The notes: generated by a model not told the origin, from the sequence alone. Counted from the first letter of the stretch, positions 19,237 to 27,857 are shown. The stretch: DNA of 59,029 bases from Actinomycetota bacterium (GCA_051744245.1 JBNJCV010000001.1:1-59029); one strand, 5' to 3'. Translations and numbers: made by a program.

Positions 19237-21047
19237 TGGATAACAGCAGGTTTATAAGGAATTTTTCAATAATTGCACATATTGACCATGGCAAATCTAC
19301 CCTGGCTGACAGGATATTGGAAGTTACAGAAACAGTAAGCCCCCGGGACATGTTAGACCAGTACCTTGATGACATGGACCTGGAGAGGGAAAGAGGCATA
19401 ACCATAAAGTCTCATGCAGTAAGGGTAAGATATAAAAGCAGTATTGACGGAAACCGCTATGTCTTAAATCTCATTGACACACCGGGTCATGTTGATTTTA
19501 GTTATGAAGTATCAAGGAGCCTTGCTGCCTGCGAGGGTGCGGTGCTGGTGGTTGACGCCTCGCAGGGAATACAGGCCCAGACCCTGGCAAATGTTTACCT
19601 GGCCATGGAAAATAACCTTGAGATTATACCGGTAATAAACAAGATTGACTTAAAGAGTGCAAGAATTGAAGATGTCCAGATGGAGCTGTCTAAGATACTG
19701 GGGGTAGAAGAAAAAGACATTTTAAAAGTTAGCGCAAAAACCGGTGAAGGAGTAAGCGAAATTCTGGAAAGGATTGTTGTGGATGTACCCTACCCTAAAG
19801 AACTAGAAGAAGATCCGCTGCAAGCCCTGATATTTGATTCCCAATACAATACCTACAGGGGAGTGGTAGCTTTAATCAGGGTAGTATCAGGATATATCCA
19901 GAAGGGAATGAAGATTAAGTTTATGGGAGAGAAAATTAGCTCAGAAGTTGAGGAAGTGGGAATACTGGGTCCAAAAATGATTGAAAAAAAGAGGCTTGCT
20001 CCGGGAGAGGTTGGCTATATAATTACTGGCATAAAGGAAGTTGAACATATAACTGTGGGAGATACCATTACTTCTCACCAGAACCCGGCTCCTAAAAGCC
20101 TGCCGGGCTATAAAAAGCCTAAACCCATGGTGTATTGCGGGCTTTTTCCCACCGAAGGGGGAGACTACGAAGACTTAAGAGAGGCCTTAAACAAGCTTTC
20201 CCTAAATGATGCTTCCCTGGATTACGGGCCGGAATCTTCACAGGCACTGGGATTTGGGTTCAGGTGTGGTTTTTTAGGCCTACTTCATATGGAGATAATA
20301 AGGGAGAGGCTGGAAAGGGAATACGACCTTAGGCTAATTGCCACTTCACCCAATGTGGCTTACCAGATCTTATTAGAAGAGGATGAACAAATTGAGGTAA
20401 CAAAGCCAGCAGATTTCCCACCCCAGGAGAAAATAATGGCTATCAAAGAACCTTTTGTGAGCGCAACCGTTATTACCCCCAAAGATTATATCGGAGAGGT
20501 GATGAAGCTCTGTAACAGCAAAAGGGGCAAGTTTATTGATATGCACTATATATCAATGGAAAGGGTGGAGATTAAATATAATTTACCCTTATCTGAAATA
20601 ATTGTTGATTTCTTTAATCTGCTTAAATCTATTACCAGTGGCTTTGCATCACTGGACTACGAGTTCTTGGAATATAAGGAATCTGACCTGGTAAAACTGG
20701 ATATGCTGGTGGCAGGAGATAAGATTGACGAGCTTTCTACTATAATACACAGGGACCAAGCTTATTATACGGGAAGGAAGATTGCTACAAAACTTAGGAA
20801 AATAATACCCAGGCAGAATTTTGAAGTAGCCATACAGGCCGCCATTGGCAAGAGGATAATAGCCAAGGAAAGGATTGCCCCCTACAGAAAAGATGTAACC
20901 TCGGGACTGTACGGGGGAGATATAACCAGGAAGAAAAAAGTACTTGAGAAACAAAAGGAAGGCAAAAAAAGGTTGAAAAAAATAGGGCGCGTGGACATAC
21001 CCGATGATGCCTTTATGAGTTTCTACAAGATTGGTGAAGATAATTAA
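19236..21047 (+). CDS. lepA: Elongation factor 4 (LepA)
   Basis: IRNFSIIAHIDHGKSTLADR, DTPGHVDF and NKIDL, plus the conserved LepA C-terminal domain. TAATG overlap with the murJ stop. Confidence 0.97.
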   Translation: MDNSRFIRNFSIIAHIDHGKSTLADRILEVTETVSPRDMLDQYLDDMDLERERGITIKSHAVRVRYKSSIDGNRYVLNLIDTPGHVDFSYEVSRSLAACEGAVLVVDASQGIQAQTLANVYLAMENNLEIIPVINKIDLKSARIEDVQMELSKILGVEEKDILKVSAKTGEGVSEILERIVVDVPYPKELEEDPLQALIFDSQYNTYRGVVALIRVVSGYIQKGMKIKFMGEKISSEVEEVGILGPKMIEKKRLAPGEVGYIITGIKEVEHITVGDTITSHQNPAPKSLPGYKKPKPMVYCGLFPTEGGDYEDLREALNKLSLNDASLDYGPESSQALGFGFRCGFLGLLHMEIIRERLEREYDLRLIATSPNVAYQILLEEDEQIEVTKPADFPPQEKIMAIKEPFVSATVITPKDYIGEVMKLCNSKRGKFIDMHYISMERVEIKYNLPLSEIIVDFFNLLKSITSGFASLDYEFLEYKESDLVKLDMLVAGDKIDELSTIIHRDQAYYTGRKIATKLRKIIPRQNFEVAIQAAIGKRIIAKERIAPYRKDVTSGLYGGDITRKKKVLEKQKEGKKRLKKIGRVDIPDDAFMSFYKIGEDN

Positions 21048-21058
21048 TAGGGGCTGTG

Positions 21059-21721
21059 ATGGAGAATTTAGCATTAGCTGATTTTCTGAGAGCTTTAGCA
21101 AGTATTGAGAATTCCATACAACAAAACAAGGACTATCTTTGCAAGCTTGATTCCTTTATAGGTGATGGCGACCACGGGACCACCATTGCCCGCGGCTTTA
21201 GCAGGGCCTTAAAAAAAGTAAGAGAAGAAGGGCCAGAGAGCATATCCGGTCTCCTAAAGAGTATAGGCTTTACTCTGGTATCCTCCATGGGAGGAGCAGC
21301 AGGCCCTCTGTTTGGGTCTGTATTTATGGGGTTGGCTGATGCTGCAGCCGGAAAGGATAGTATTGACCTGGAAAGCCTGCATGCCATGTTTTCTGCCTCA
21401 CTGGAGAAGGTATTAAAGATAGGGGGAGCAAAGGCGGGGGATAAAACCATGATAGATGCCCTGAGCCCTGCAGTTGACAGCCTGAAGAATTCCCTGGAAA
21501 AAGGACTGGGGATAGAAGAGGCCATGGCCAATATGAGCAAAGCTGCAAAACAAGGAGCTGCCTCCACCAAGGATATGGTAGCCAGGAAGGGAAGGTCCCG
21601 CTACCACGGGGAGCGCTCCATTGGATACCAGGATGCGGGAGCTACAACCATGTATCTAATTATAGAGGCAATGCATAAATCAATAAACAAGGGGGAAGGT
21701 AATGAGGAAGCTAATAAATGA
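21059..21721 (+). CDS. dhaL: Dihydroxyacetone kinase, ADP-binding subunit DhaL
   Basis: DhaL motif GDGDHGTT and an all-helical protein of about 220 aa. Precedes and overlaps dhaK. Confidence 0.9.
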   Translation: MENLALADFLRALASIENSIQQNKDYLCKLDSFIGDGDHGTTIARGFSRALKKVREEGPESISGLLKSIGFTLVSSMGGAAGPLFGSVFMGLADAAAGKDSIDLESLHAMFSASLEKVLKIGGAKAGDKTMIDALSPAVDSLKNSLEKGLGIEEAMANMSKAAKQGAASTKDMVARKGRSRYHGERSIGYQDAGATTMYLIIEAMHKSINKGEGNEEANK

Positions 21722-22703
21722 TGCCGATAATATAGTAGATGAACTTATTGAAGGGTTCATCCTTTCCAATAAGGGCAAGGTAAAAAGGATAGGCACTCTT
21801 AATGTGGTAGCAAGGGCAGATGCCCCCATAAAAGGCAAGGTGGGCATAGTAATTGGAGGAGGGGCAGGCCATGAGCCCCTGTTCTTAGAGTACGTAGGGA
21901 AAGGCATGGCCGATGTGGAGGTGCACGGACAGATATTTGCAGCTCCTACCCCTAACCAGATAACCGCAGCCATAAAGGCTGCTGATGGAGGAGAAGGAGT
22001 GATGCTTTTATATAATAATTATTCCGGTGATGTAATGAATTTTAACCTGGCCCAGGAGATGGCAAGGGAAGAAGGTATAAAGGTAGACACAGTCCTAATA
22101 AATGATGAGATCTCGTCTGCCCCTAAAGAGAGAGCAGAAGATAGGAGGGGCACCACTGCAGACCATATAATAATAAAGATGGCAGGCGCTGCCTCAGAAG
22201 CAGGGATGGGTTTTGATGATATGATAGAGCTTAGCAGAAAAGCTGTATACAATTCAAGGTCGCTGGGAGTATCCCTATCAGCCTGCACCCTGCCTGAGAC
22301 TGGCCAGGCTACTTTTGAGCTTGAAGAGGGCAAAATGGAATTTGGCATGGGCCTACACGGGGAGGCTGGAATAAAAAGGGTGGATCTTATGGACGCAGAC
22401 AAAACTGCTGAAACCATACTGGACTTATTAATAGAAGACCTGCCTTATAGAAGCGGAGATGAAGTTATAGCGGTAGTCAACGGATATGGATCCACCACCA
22501 GAATGGAAATGTTTATAGTAGCAAGAAAGATCCATTCATATCTAACGGATAGAAACATCTCTATTTATTCAACTGAGGTAGGGGAGTTCTGCACCTCGCA
22601 GGAAATGGCAGGGATATCCATAACCCTGATTAAGCTGGATGCAGAGCTAAAGAAGTATTATGATTGGGTAGCTGACAGTCCGGGCTATAAGAAAATGGGG
22701 TAA
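21702..22703 (+). CDS. dhaK: Dihydroxyacetone kinase, dihydroxyacetone-binding subunit DhaK
   Basis: MRKLINDADNIVDE.. N-terminus and GGGAGHEP motif, 333 aa. Confidence 0.92.
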   Translation: MRKLINDADNIVDELIEGFILSNKGKVKRIGTLNVVARADAPIKGKVGIVIGGGAGHEPLFLEYVGKGMADVEVHGQIFAAPTPNQITAAIKAADGGEGVMLLYNNYSGDVMNFNLAQEMAREEGIKVDTVLINDEISSAPKERAEDRRGTTADHIIIKMAGAASEAGMGFDDMIELSRKAVYNSRSLGVSLSACTLPETGQATFELEEGKMEFGMGLHGEAGIKRVDLMDADKTAETILDLLIEDLPYRSGDEVIAVVNGYGSTTRMEMFIVARKIHSYLTDRNISIYSTEVGEFCTSQEMAGISITLIKLDAELKKYYDWVADSPGYKKMG

Positions 22704-22769
22704 GTCCGGGTATAGGCAGGCCGCTGTTTACAATCCAAAAAGAAATATTTAAAAATATTCAAAAAGGTA

Positions 22770-22818
22770 TTGACTTAGGAAGCTTTAGCTGTATAATTAT
22801 GATGATAATCATTATCAT
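22770..22818 (+). promoter_or_regulatory. Sigma-70-like promoter with an overlapping perfect Fur-type box
   Basis: TTGACT (22770-22775), 16 nt, TATAAT (22792-22797). ATGATAATCATTATCAT (22802-22818) follows as a perfect 8-1-8 palindrome containing TGATAATcATTATCA, which matches the 7-1-7 Fur consensus. It lies 16 nt upstream of the ATG at 22834. Confidence 0.6.
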
Positions 22819-22833
22819 TATCATTTTAACTAT

Positions 22834-23736
22834 ATGGAAAGTAAAAAAGAAATACTGTCTTTTCTGGTTTCAAGCCTTAAAAGCAATCAGGTTAAACTTA
22901 CCTCCACAAGAAAAGCCATCCTTGAGGTACTGGCAGAAAAAAATGAAGAAATGAATGTTGACCAGATTCATCTCTTATCCCACAAAAAGAATTCAAATAT
23001 TGGAATAGCAACTATCTACAGGAATATAAATATGTTAAATGAAATGGGTCTGGTTTCAAAACGGTTTGAGGAAGGCTCTGACAAGGCAGTATTTAGCTTG
23101 ACCGGTAAACTAAAAAAAAGTTTTTCCAGTGAAAAGAAAGGAATCAAAAATAAGGTTTCACCATCCAGTCACCGTAAAACTGCAGATGGTGAAATTTTGA
23201 GAATACAGGGGCAATTAAATGAAGCCTTGAATGATTTAAATAAAATAAAAATGGAAAAGGAGCTAGCATTGGAAAATGTAATAAATGATTTCACGAAATT
23301 GGACAAAATACTCGAAGAACACAATTTTGAAAAAAACAATTTAATCCAGATACTTTTAGATGTGCAGGACCAGTATAACTGGCTGCCCAAGCATACCTTG
23401 CTTTATATAGGAAATAAAATGGAGGTTCCGCTGACCAATATTTACAGCATAGCTTCATTTTATAAGTTCTTTAATCTGGAACCCCGGGGCAGACACTCAA
23501 TTCTGGTATGTACCGGAACTGCTTGCCATGTAAGGGGGTCAATGAGTTTGCTTCAGAGGATTGTAAACGTGCTAGGGGTAAATCCAGGGGATACCACTAA
23601 AGACTTAAGGTTTACCTTGGATACAGTTAATTGTCTGGGCTGTTGTGCCCTTGGGCCGGTTATGATGGTAGATGAAAAGTATTACAGCAATCCTTCAGCC
23701 AAACAGCTTAGAAAAATATTAAAAAATTATAATTAA
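22834..23736 (+). CDS. Fusion protein: Fur-type winged-helix DNA-binding domain, linker, and NuoE/HndA-type thioredoxin-like [2Fe-2S] subunit
   Basis: The N-terminus (TSTRKAILEVL..NIGIATIYRNINMLNEMGLV) resembles the DNA-binding domain of the Fur ORF at 27329. The C-terminus (LIQILLDVQDQYNWLP..VCTGTACHVRG..CLGCCALGPVMMV) is NuoE-like. Single uninterrupted 300-aa frame. Confidence 0.8.
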   Translation: MESKKEILSFLVSSLKSNQVKLTSTRKAILEVLAEKNEEMNVDQIHLLSHKKNSNIGIATIYRNINMLNEMGLVSKRFEEGSDKAVFSLTGKLKKSFSSEKKGIKNKVSPSSHRKTADGEILRIQGQLNEALNDLNKIKMEKELALENVINDFTKLDKILEEHNFEKNNLIQILLDVQDQYNWLPKHTLLYIGNKMEVPLTNIYSIASFYKFFNLEPRGRHSILVCTGTACHVRGSMSLLQRIVNVLGVNPGDTTKDLRFTLDTVNCLGCCALGPVMMVDEKYYSNPSAKQLRKILKNYN

Positions 23737-23747
23737 GGGGACTGGCA

Positions 23748-25652
23748 ATGGATACTAAAGTAAAAACTTTAAAAGACTTAGAAAAAATAAAATCGGATCA
23801 TATTAAGGATAGCGGATTAGACGGCAAGGACAAAAAGTACAAGGTAACTGTTCATATGGGGACCTGTGGCATTGCTTCAGGAGCTGATAAGATAAAGGAG
23901 CAGGCAGAAGAAAATATAAAGAAAAGCAATTTAAAAAACATTATTTTTACCACTTCGGGCTGCATAGGGTTTTGCTCTGGCGAGCCCATGCTAACAGTGG
24001 AAGAAGCAGGCGGAGAGGCTTATACCTACTGTAATCTTGACAAGGAGAAGGTGGACTTAATTTTTGAAGAGCACCTTGTTGGAGGAGAAGTAGCAGATAG
24101 CCTTGAACCTATTAACGAGAATTCCAACCTACCGGATTTTTACAAGTATCAGAAAAGGATAATTTTAGGCAATAATTCAAAAATTGACCCTAAGAGTATT
24201 GGCGACTATATAAAAATAGGCGGCTATGGAGCACTTGCTAGCGTATTGAAGGACAAGAGCCCTGATGAAGTTATCGGGGAAGTCAAAAAATCCGGCCTCA
24301 GGGGAAGAGGTGGAGGCGGTTTCCCTACTGGCTTGAAATGGGAATTTACCAGGAAAGCAAAGGGTCAGCCAAAATATGTAATAGTTAATGCTGATGAAGG
24401 TGATCCAGGCGCTTATATGGATAGGGGAATACTGGAAGGAAATCCCCACAGTGTGCTGGAAGGCCTTATAATAGGGGCTTATGCCATTGGGGCAAGCCAG
24501 GGCTATATATATGTAAGGCAGGAATATCCCCTGGCAGTTGAACATATAAAAGAAGCCATAAGGCAGGCCAGGGAATATGGTTTTTTAGGTGAAGACATAC
24601 TAGGTTCCGGATTCAGTTTTGATGTAAAGGTACATAGGGGAGCAGGAGCTTTTGTTTCCGGGGAGTCCAGTGCTCTCATATCTGCTATAGAGGGAAAGGT
24701 AGGAGAGCCAAAGCTTAAATATATCCATACTTCCGAAAGCGGGCTTTGGGGCAAGCCTACCAATTTGAATAATGTTGAAACCTGGGCCAATATCCCCTTA
24801 ATAATGGGAAAAGGATGGGAATGGTTTAAAAACATTGGGACTGCTGGCAGCAGCGGAACAAAAATATTTTCCCTAGTGGGAAAAGTTAAAAATACCGGCC
24901 TTGTAGAAGTCCCCATGGGCACCACCTTGAAGGATATTATATTTAAAATAGGTGGAGGAATGCAGGACGATAGAAGATTCAAGGGTGTACAGACCGGAGG
25001 GCCTTCGGGAGGAGTTATTCCTGAAGAGCTTATTGGCCTACCTGTAGATTTTGACGAGTTAGATAAAGCTGGGTCCATGATGGGAAGTGGAGGAATGATA
25101 GTAATGGATGAGAGTTCCTGCATGGTAAATGTTGCCCATTATTTTATAAAATTCTTAACTGATGAATCATGCGGAAAGTGCGTTCCCTGCCGTGAAGGAT
25201 TGAGGCAGGCTCTGAATATTTATGAAAGGATCATTAGTGGAGAAGGAAAAGAAGAGGACCTAAAGCTGCTTTCAGATCTAGCGGTACTGCTCCGGGAAGG
25301 GGCAATGTGTGCACTGGGAAGCACGGCACCTAACATAATTCTTACCACCTTAAAATACTTTAGGGAAGAATATGAATCACACATATATTACAATATGTGT
25401 CCAGCATTGGTATGCAAACCGCTTATAAGATATGAAATAGATGAGCGTAGGTGCAGCGGTTGTGGGATTTGCGCTGAATCCTGTCCTGCTGATGCCATAG
25501 TAGGGGAGACTAAAAAACCTCACCGTATAGACCAGGATTTATGCACAACCTGCGGCACCTGTATAGAAGTATGCCCTGAGAAGTTTTCTGCTATAAGCAA
25601 AAAAACGGGGGCTAAACAGGAAGCAGCAAAAAAAGAAAAAGTAAATAAATAG
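23748..25652 (+). CDS. NuoF/HydB/HndC-like NAD(P)H-binding flavo-FeS subunit
   Basis: N-terminal thioredoxin-like 2Fe-2S domain (GTCGIASG..GCIGFCSGEP). NuoF core (GLRGRGGGGFPTGLKW, ESCGKCVPCREG). C-terminal 2x[4Fe-4S] (CSGCGICAESCP, CTTCGTCIEVCP). Confidence 0.9.
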   Translation: MDTKVKTLKDLEKIKSDHIKDSGLDGKDKKYKVTVHMGTCGIASGADKIKEQAEENIKKSNLKNIIFTTSGCIGFCSGEPMLTVEEAGGEAYTYCNLDKEKVDLIFEEHLVGGEVADSLEPINENSNLPDFYKYQKRIILGNNSKIDPKSIGDYIKIGGYGALASVLKDKSPDEVIGEVKKSGLRGRGGGGFPTGLKWEFTRKAKGQPKYVIVNADEGDPGAYMDRGILEGNPHSVLEGLIIGAYAIGASQGYIYVRQEYPLAVEHIKEAIRQAREYGFLGEDILGSGFSFDVKVHRGAGAFVSGESSALISAIEGKVGEPKLKYIHTSESGLWGKPTNLNNVETWANIPLIMGKGWEWFKNIGTAGSSGTKIFSLVGKVKNTGLVEVPMGTTLKDIIFKIGGGMQDDRRFKGVQTGGPSGGVIPEELIGLPVDFDELDKAGSMMGSGGMIVMDESSCMVNVAHYFIKFLTDESCGKCVPCREGLRQALNIYERIISGEGKEEDLKLLSDLAVLLREGAMCALGSTAPNIILTTLKYFREEYESHIYYNMCPALVCKPLIRYEIDERRCSGCGICAESCPADAIVGETKKPHRIDQDLCTTCGTCIEVCPEKFSAISKKTGAKQEAAKKEKVNK

Positions 25653-25661
25653 GGGTGAAAA

Positions 25662-26264
25662 ATGGAAGATAATAATAAAATTAATATGGTTATAAATGAC
25701 GAGCCGGTTACAGTAGAAAAAGGAAATACCATCCTGGAGGCAGCACGGAACCTGGGAATAGACATACCTACAATTTGCCACCATGAGGCCCTCAAAGAAC
25801 ACGGGTCCTGCAGGTTGTGTATGGTTGAGATTAAGAGGAAGGGTAAATCAAAAATAGTAGCATCATGCGCTTATCCTGCAGAAGAAGGATTGGCAGTTTA
25901 TACTGACAGCTCAAAAGTGGAAAGTATAAGGAAAAAACTGGTAGAGCTTTATCTTGCTCTTTTCCCTTTTATTCCAGAGGTTAAGGAACTTGCAAAGAAA
26001 TATAATTTAACTGGCACAAGGTATACAAAACAAAATAACTATTGTATTTTATGCGGCCTATGTGTCAGGTATTGCAGTGAAGTGAAGAAAAATAATGCTA
26101 TTGGCTTTGTGGGAAGGGGAATTGATAAAATGGTAACATTTGTGCCTGATTCCTCTTATTTTAAACATTGTGAAAATTGCATGGAATGTGTTGATATCTG
26201 TCCTACCGGTGTATTTCCTTCAAATTATGGGCTAGAGCGTATACCGCAGCTTAGCGAAGATTAA
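25662..26264 (+). CDS. NuoG/HydA N-terminal-like FeS protein (2Fe-2S plus 4Fe-4S clusters), no catalytic domain
   Basis: 2Fe-2S (CHHEALKEHGSCRLCMVE..ASC), CILCGLCVRYC and CENCMECVDICP. The ORF ends at 200 aa and hairpins follow. Confidence 0.8.
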   Translation: MEDNNKINMVINDEPVTVEKGNTILEAARNLGIDIPTICHHEALKEHGSCRLCMVEIKRKGKSKIVASCAYPAEEGLAVYTDSSKVESIRKKLVELYLALFPFIPEVKELAKKYNLTGTRYTKQNNYCILCGLCVRYCSEVKKNNAIGFVGRGIDKMVTFVPDSSYFKHCENCMECVDICPTGVFPSNYGLERIPQLSED

Positions 26265-26330
26265 TTTGACGGAACTTAAATATTTGGTGTGGGCTGGATT
26301 CAAACAGCCCTTGAAGTAATCTTTGGGGGA

Positions 26331-26352
26331 GGCATAGGGCCCTATGCCTTTT
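26331..26352 (+). terminator. Candidate intrinsic terminator after the NuoEFG-like genes
   Basis: Perfect 18-nt palindrome GGCATAGGGCCCTATGCC followed by TTTT. A second hairpin, GGGCTGgattcaaaCAGCCC, sits at 26291-26310. The T-run is short. Confidence 0.5.
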
Positions 26353-26460
26353 CCACTCACATACTTTACATAAACAAAGGCTTCAATAAAAAAAGCTCTT
26401 AGATTATAATGTCTTTCTAAAATGCTTGGATAGTTTGCCATGAACAAATTAGGAACATAA

Positions 26461-27198
26461 ATGAAAGATATAGCTATAGTATGTGATGTAATGAAAAATG
26501 AATTCCGGGATAGGGATAAGAACTTGCCATCAGATAATATGGATTTCATATTTTTAGAGCAGCACCTGCATGATGCTCCGGATAAAATGAGAGTTAGGCT
26601 GCAGGAAGAAATAGATAAAATAGATGATAGTTATGGGAGAATAATACTGGGCTATGGTTTGTGCAGCAATGGAGTTGTAGGCCTAAAGTCAGACCAGCAT
26701 GAAATAGTAATTCCAAAGGTTGATGACTGTATAAGCCTTTTTCTAGGCTCTAAAGAAAAGTATATAGAAGAATTTAAAAAAGATCCTGCTACATACTACC
26801 TGTGCAGGGGATGGATAGAATATGGAAGTGACCCTTATAGGGGGTACCTGGTCAATACTGGGCAGGAAGATAAGATTCCGGAAGGGTGGATAAGGAATAA
26901 GGAAAGGTATGGGAGAAAAATAAAGGATGAAGAAACTTCCAAATTCCTTATATCCCAAATGATGAGAAACTACAACCGGATTGTGCTGATAGATAACGGA
27001 GACCTGGAAGAAGTCCACGAGAAATATGCTAAAGATATGGTTAATTTTTTAAAGGAAATCCTGGGAAAGGAAATTAGCTTTGTAAAGATTAAGGGTTCCT
27101 CTGTATTGTTAAAAAAACTGTCCAATAAGGCTTGGGAAGACAGCAACTTTATTGTAATCAGTAAAGGCAAAAAGGTATCCAGGGAGGATTTTACCTAA
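26461..27198 (+). CDS. DUF1638-like protein
   Basis: 245 aa. The pattern (IVCDVM..FLEQHLHDAPDKMR..ILGYGLCSNG..DDCISLFLGS) matches my recollection of DUF1638, a family often found near corrinoid/methyltransferase genes. Confidence 0.65.
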   Translation: MKDIAIVCDVMKNEFRDRDKNLPSDNMDFIFLEQHLHDAPDKMRVRLQEEIDKIDDSYGRIILGYGLCSNGVVGLKSDQHEIVIPKVDDCISLFLGSKEKYIEEFKKDPATYYLCRGWIEYGSDPYRGYLVNTGQEDKIPEGWIRNKERYGRKIKDEETSKFLISQMMRNYNRIVLIDNGDLEEVHEKYAKDMVNFLKEILGKEISFVKIKGSSVLLKKLSNKAWEDSNFIVISKGKKVSREDFT

Positions 27199-27257
27199 TA
27201 ATTGAAAGGTAAAACCATAAGTACATTAGACTAGCTCAGTCAAATTAAAACTATCAC

Positions 27258-27307
27258 TTGACTAACGGAAAAATACAATATATTATAATAGTAACAATTA
27301 TTACTAT
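27258..27307 (+). promoter_or_regulatory. Promoter-like hexamers plus a 20-bp near-perfect palindrome upstream of the Fur-family gene
   Basis: TTGACT (27258-27263), 17 nt, TATTAT (27281-27286). ATAGTAACAATTATTACTAT (27288-27307) follows with 9 of 10 pairs complementary. It lies 21 nt upstream of the ATG at 27329. Confidence 0.45.
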
Positions 27308-27328
27308 CATTTAGAAGGATTGTTACAA

Positions 27329-27787
27329 ATGGCAAGGGAAATAAAATATTGGGAAACTAAATTAAAAGAGCAGGGCTATAAATTCAGTACTCCCAGGAAG
27401 TTTATACTTAAGCTGTTGAGCGAAGAGAATAGGCTCCTTAGCGCCGATGACATTTACATGAAATTAAAAGAGATGGACTCTAGCATAGGCATTGCCACTG
27501 TATACAGAACACTAGATCTTCTTCACAGACTATCGCTTATATGCAAAATTAATGTGGGAACTGATAAGTCTTTATATATGTTATCCAAGAAATGCAAAGA
27601 GGAAGTATCTAATTATCTTATCTGTGAAAATTGCGGGAAAATTGTATTGAACAATAAATGTCTAAAAAGTGCTATAAAGATACGGCTTAAGGATGATGCA
27701 GAAAAAAATATCTATGATAACTGCAAGCTGAAGATAAATAATTTCCAGGTATTTTTTTCTGGCCTCTGTGACAAATGTTCTGAATAA
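27329..27787 (+). CDS. Fur-family transcriptional regulator, atypical (lacks the His-rich regulatory metal site)
   Basis: DNA-binding domain FSTPRKFILKLL..SIGIATVYRTLDLL and two CxxC pairs (CENCG, CDKCS). VSNYLIC occupies the position where Fur/Zur/PerR normally have HHDHLIC-type histidines. Confidence 0.8.
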   Translation: MAREIKYWETKLKEQGYKFSTPRKFILKLLSEENRLLSADDIYMKLKEMDSSIGIATVYRTLDLLHRLSLICKINVGTDKSLYMLSKKCKEEVSNYLICENCGKIVLNNKCLKSAIKIRLKDDAEKNIYDNCKLKINNFQVFFSGLCDKCSE

Positions 27788-27857
27788 TTCTTGCATTTTA
27801 GCTCCAGACCTCTTATATTATATCTGTTACTTCAAGTCACATATTAAAGGAGCTTAT

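Noticed and set aside
21059-22703. The idea that dhaL-dhaK is functionally part of the BMC pathway, given its DHAP link.
   Set aside because: The aldolase yields DHAP directly, so Dha kinase is not required. The genes are 18 kb away in a separate unit after lepA. The link is too speculative.
26291-26310. GGGCTGGATTCAAACAGCCC, which superficially resembles a tRNA T-arm (GGxTCxAAxCC).
   Set aside because: No acceptor, D or anticodon arms can be built around it. It is a simple 6-bp hairpin, likely part of a terminator region.
26232-26549. A 105-aa minus-strand ORF bridging the NuoG-like/DUF1638 intergenic region.
   Set aside because: It overlaps both flanking genes, has no RBS and no recognisable domain. 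The region is better explained by two hairpins (terminator-like) and a promoter region.
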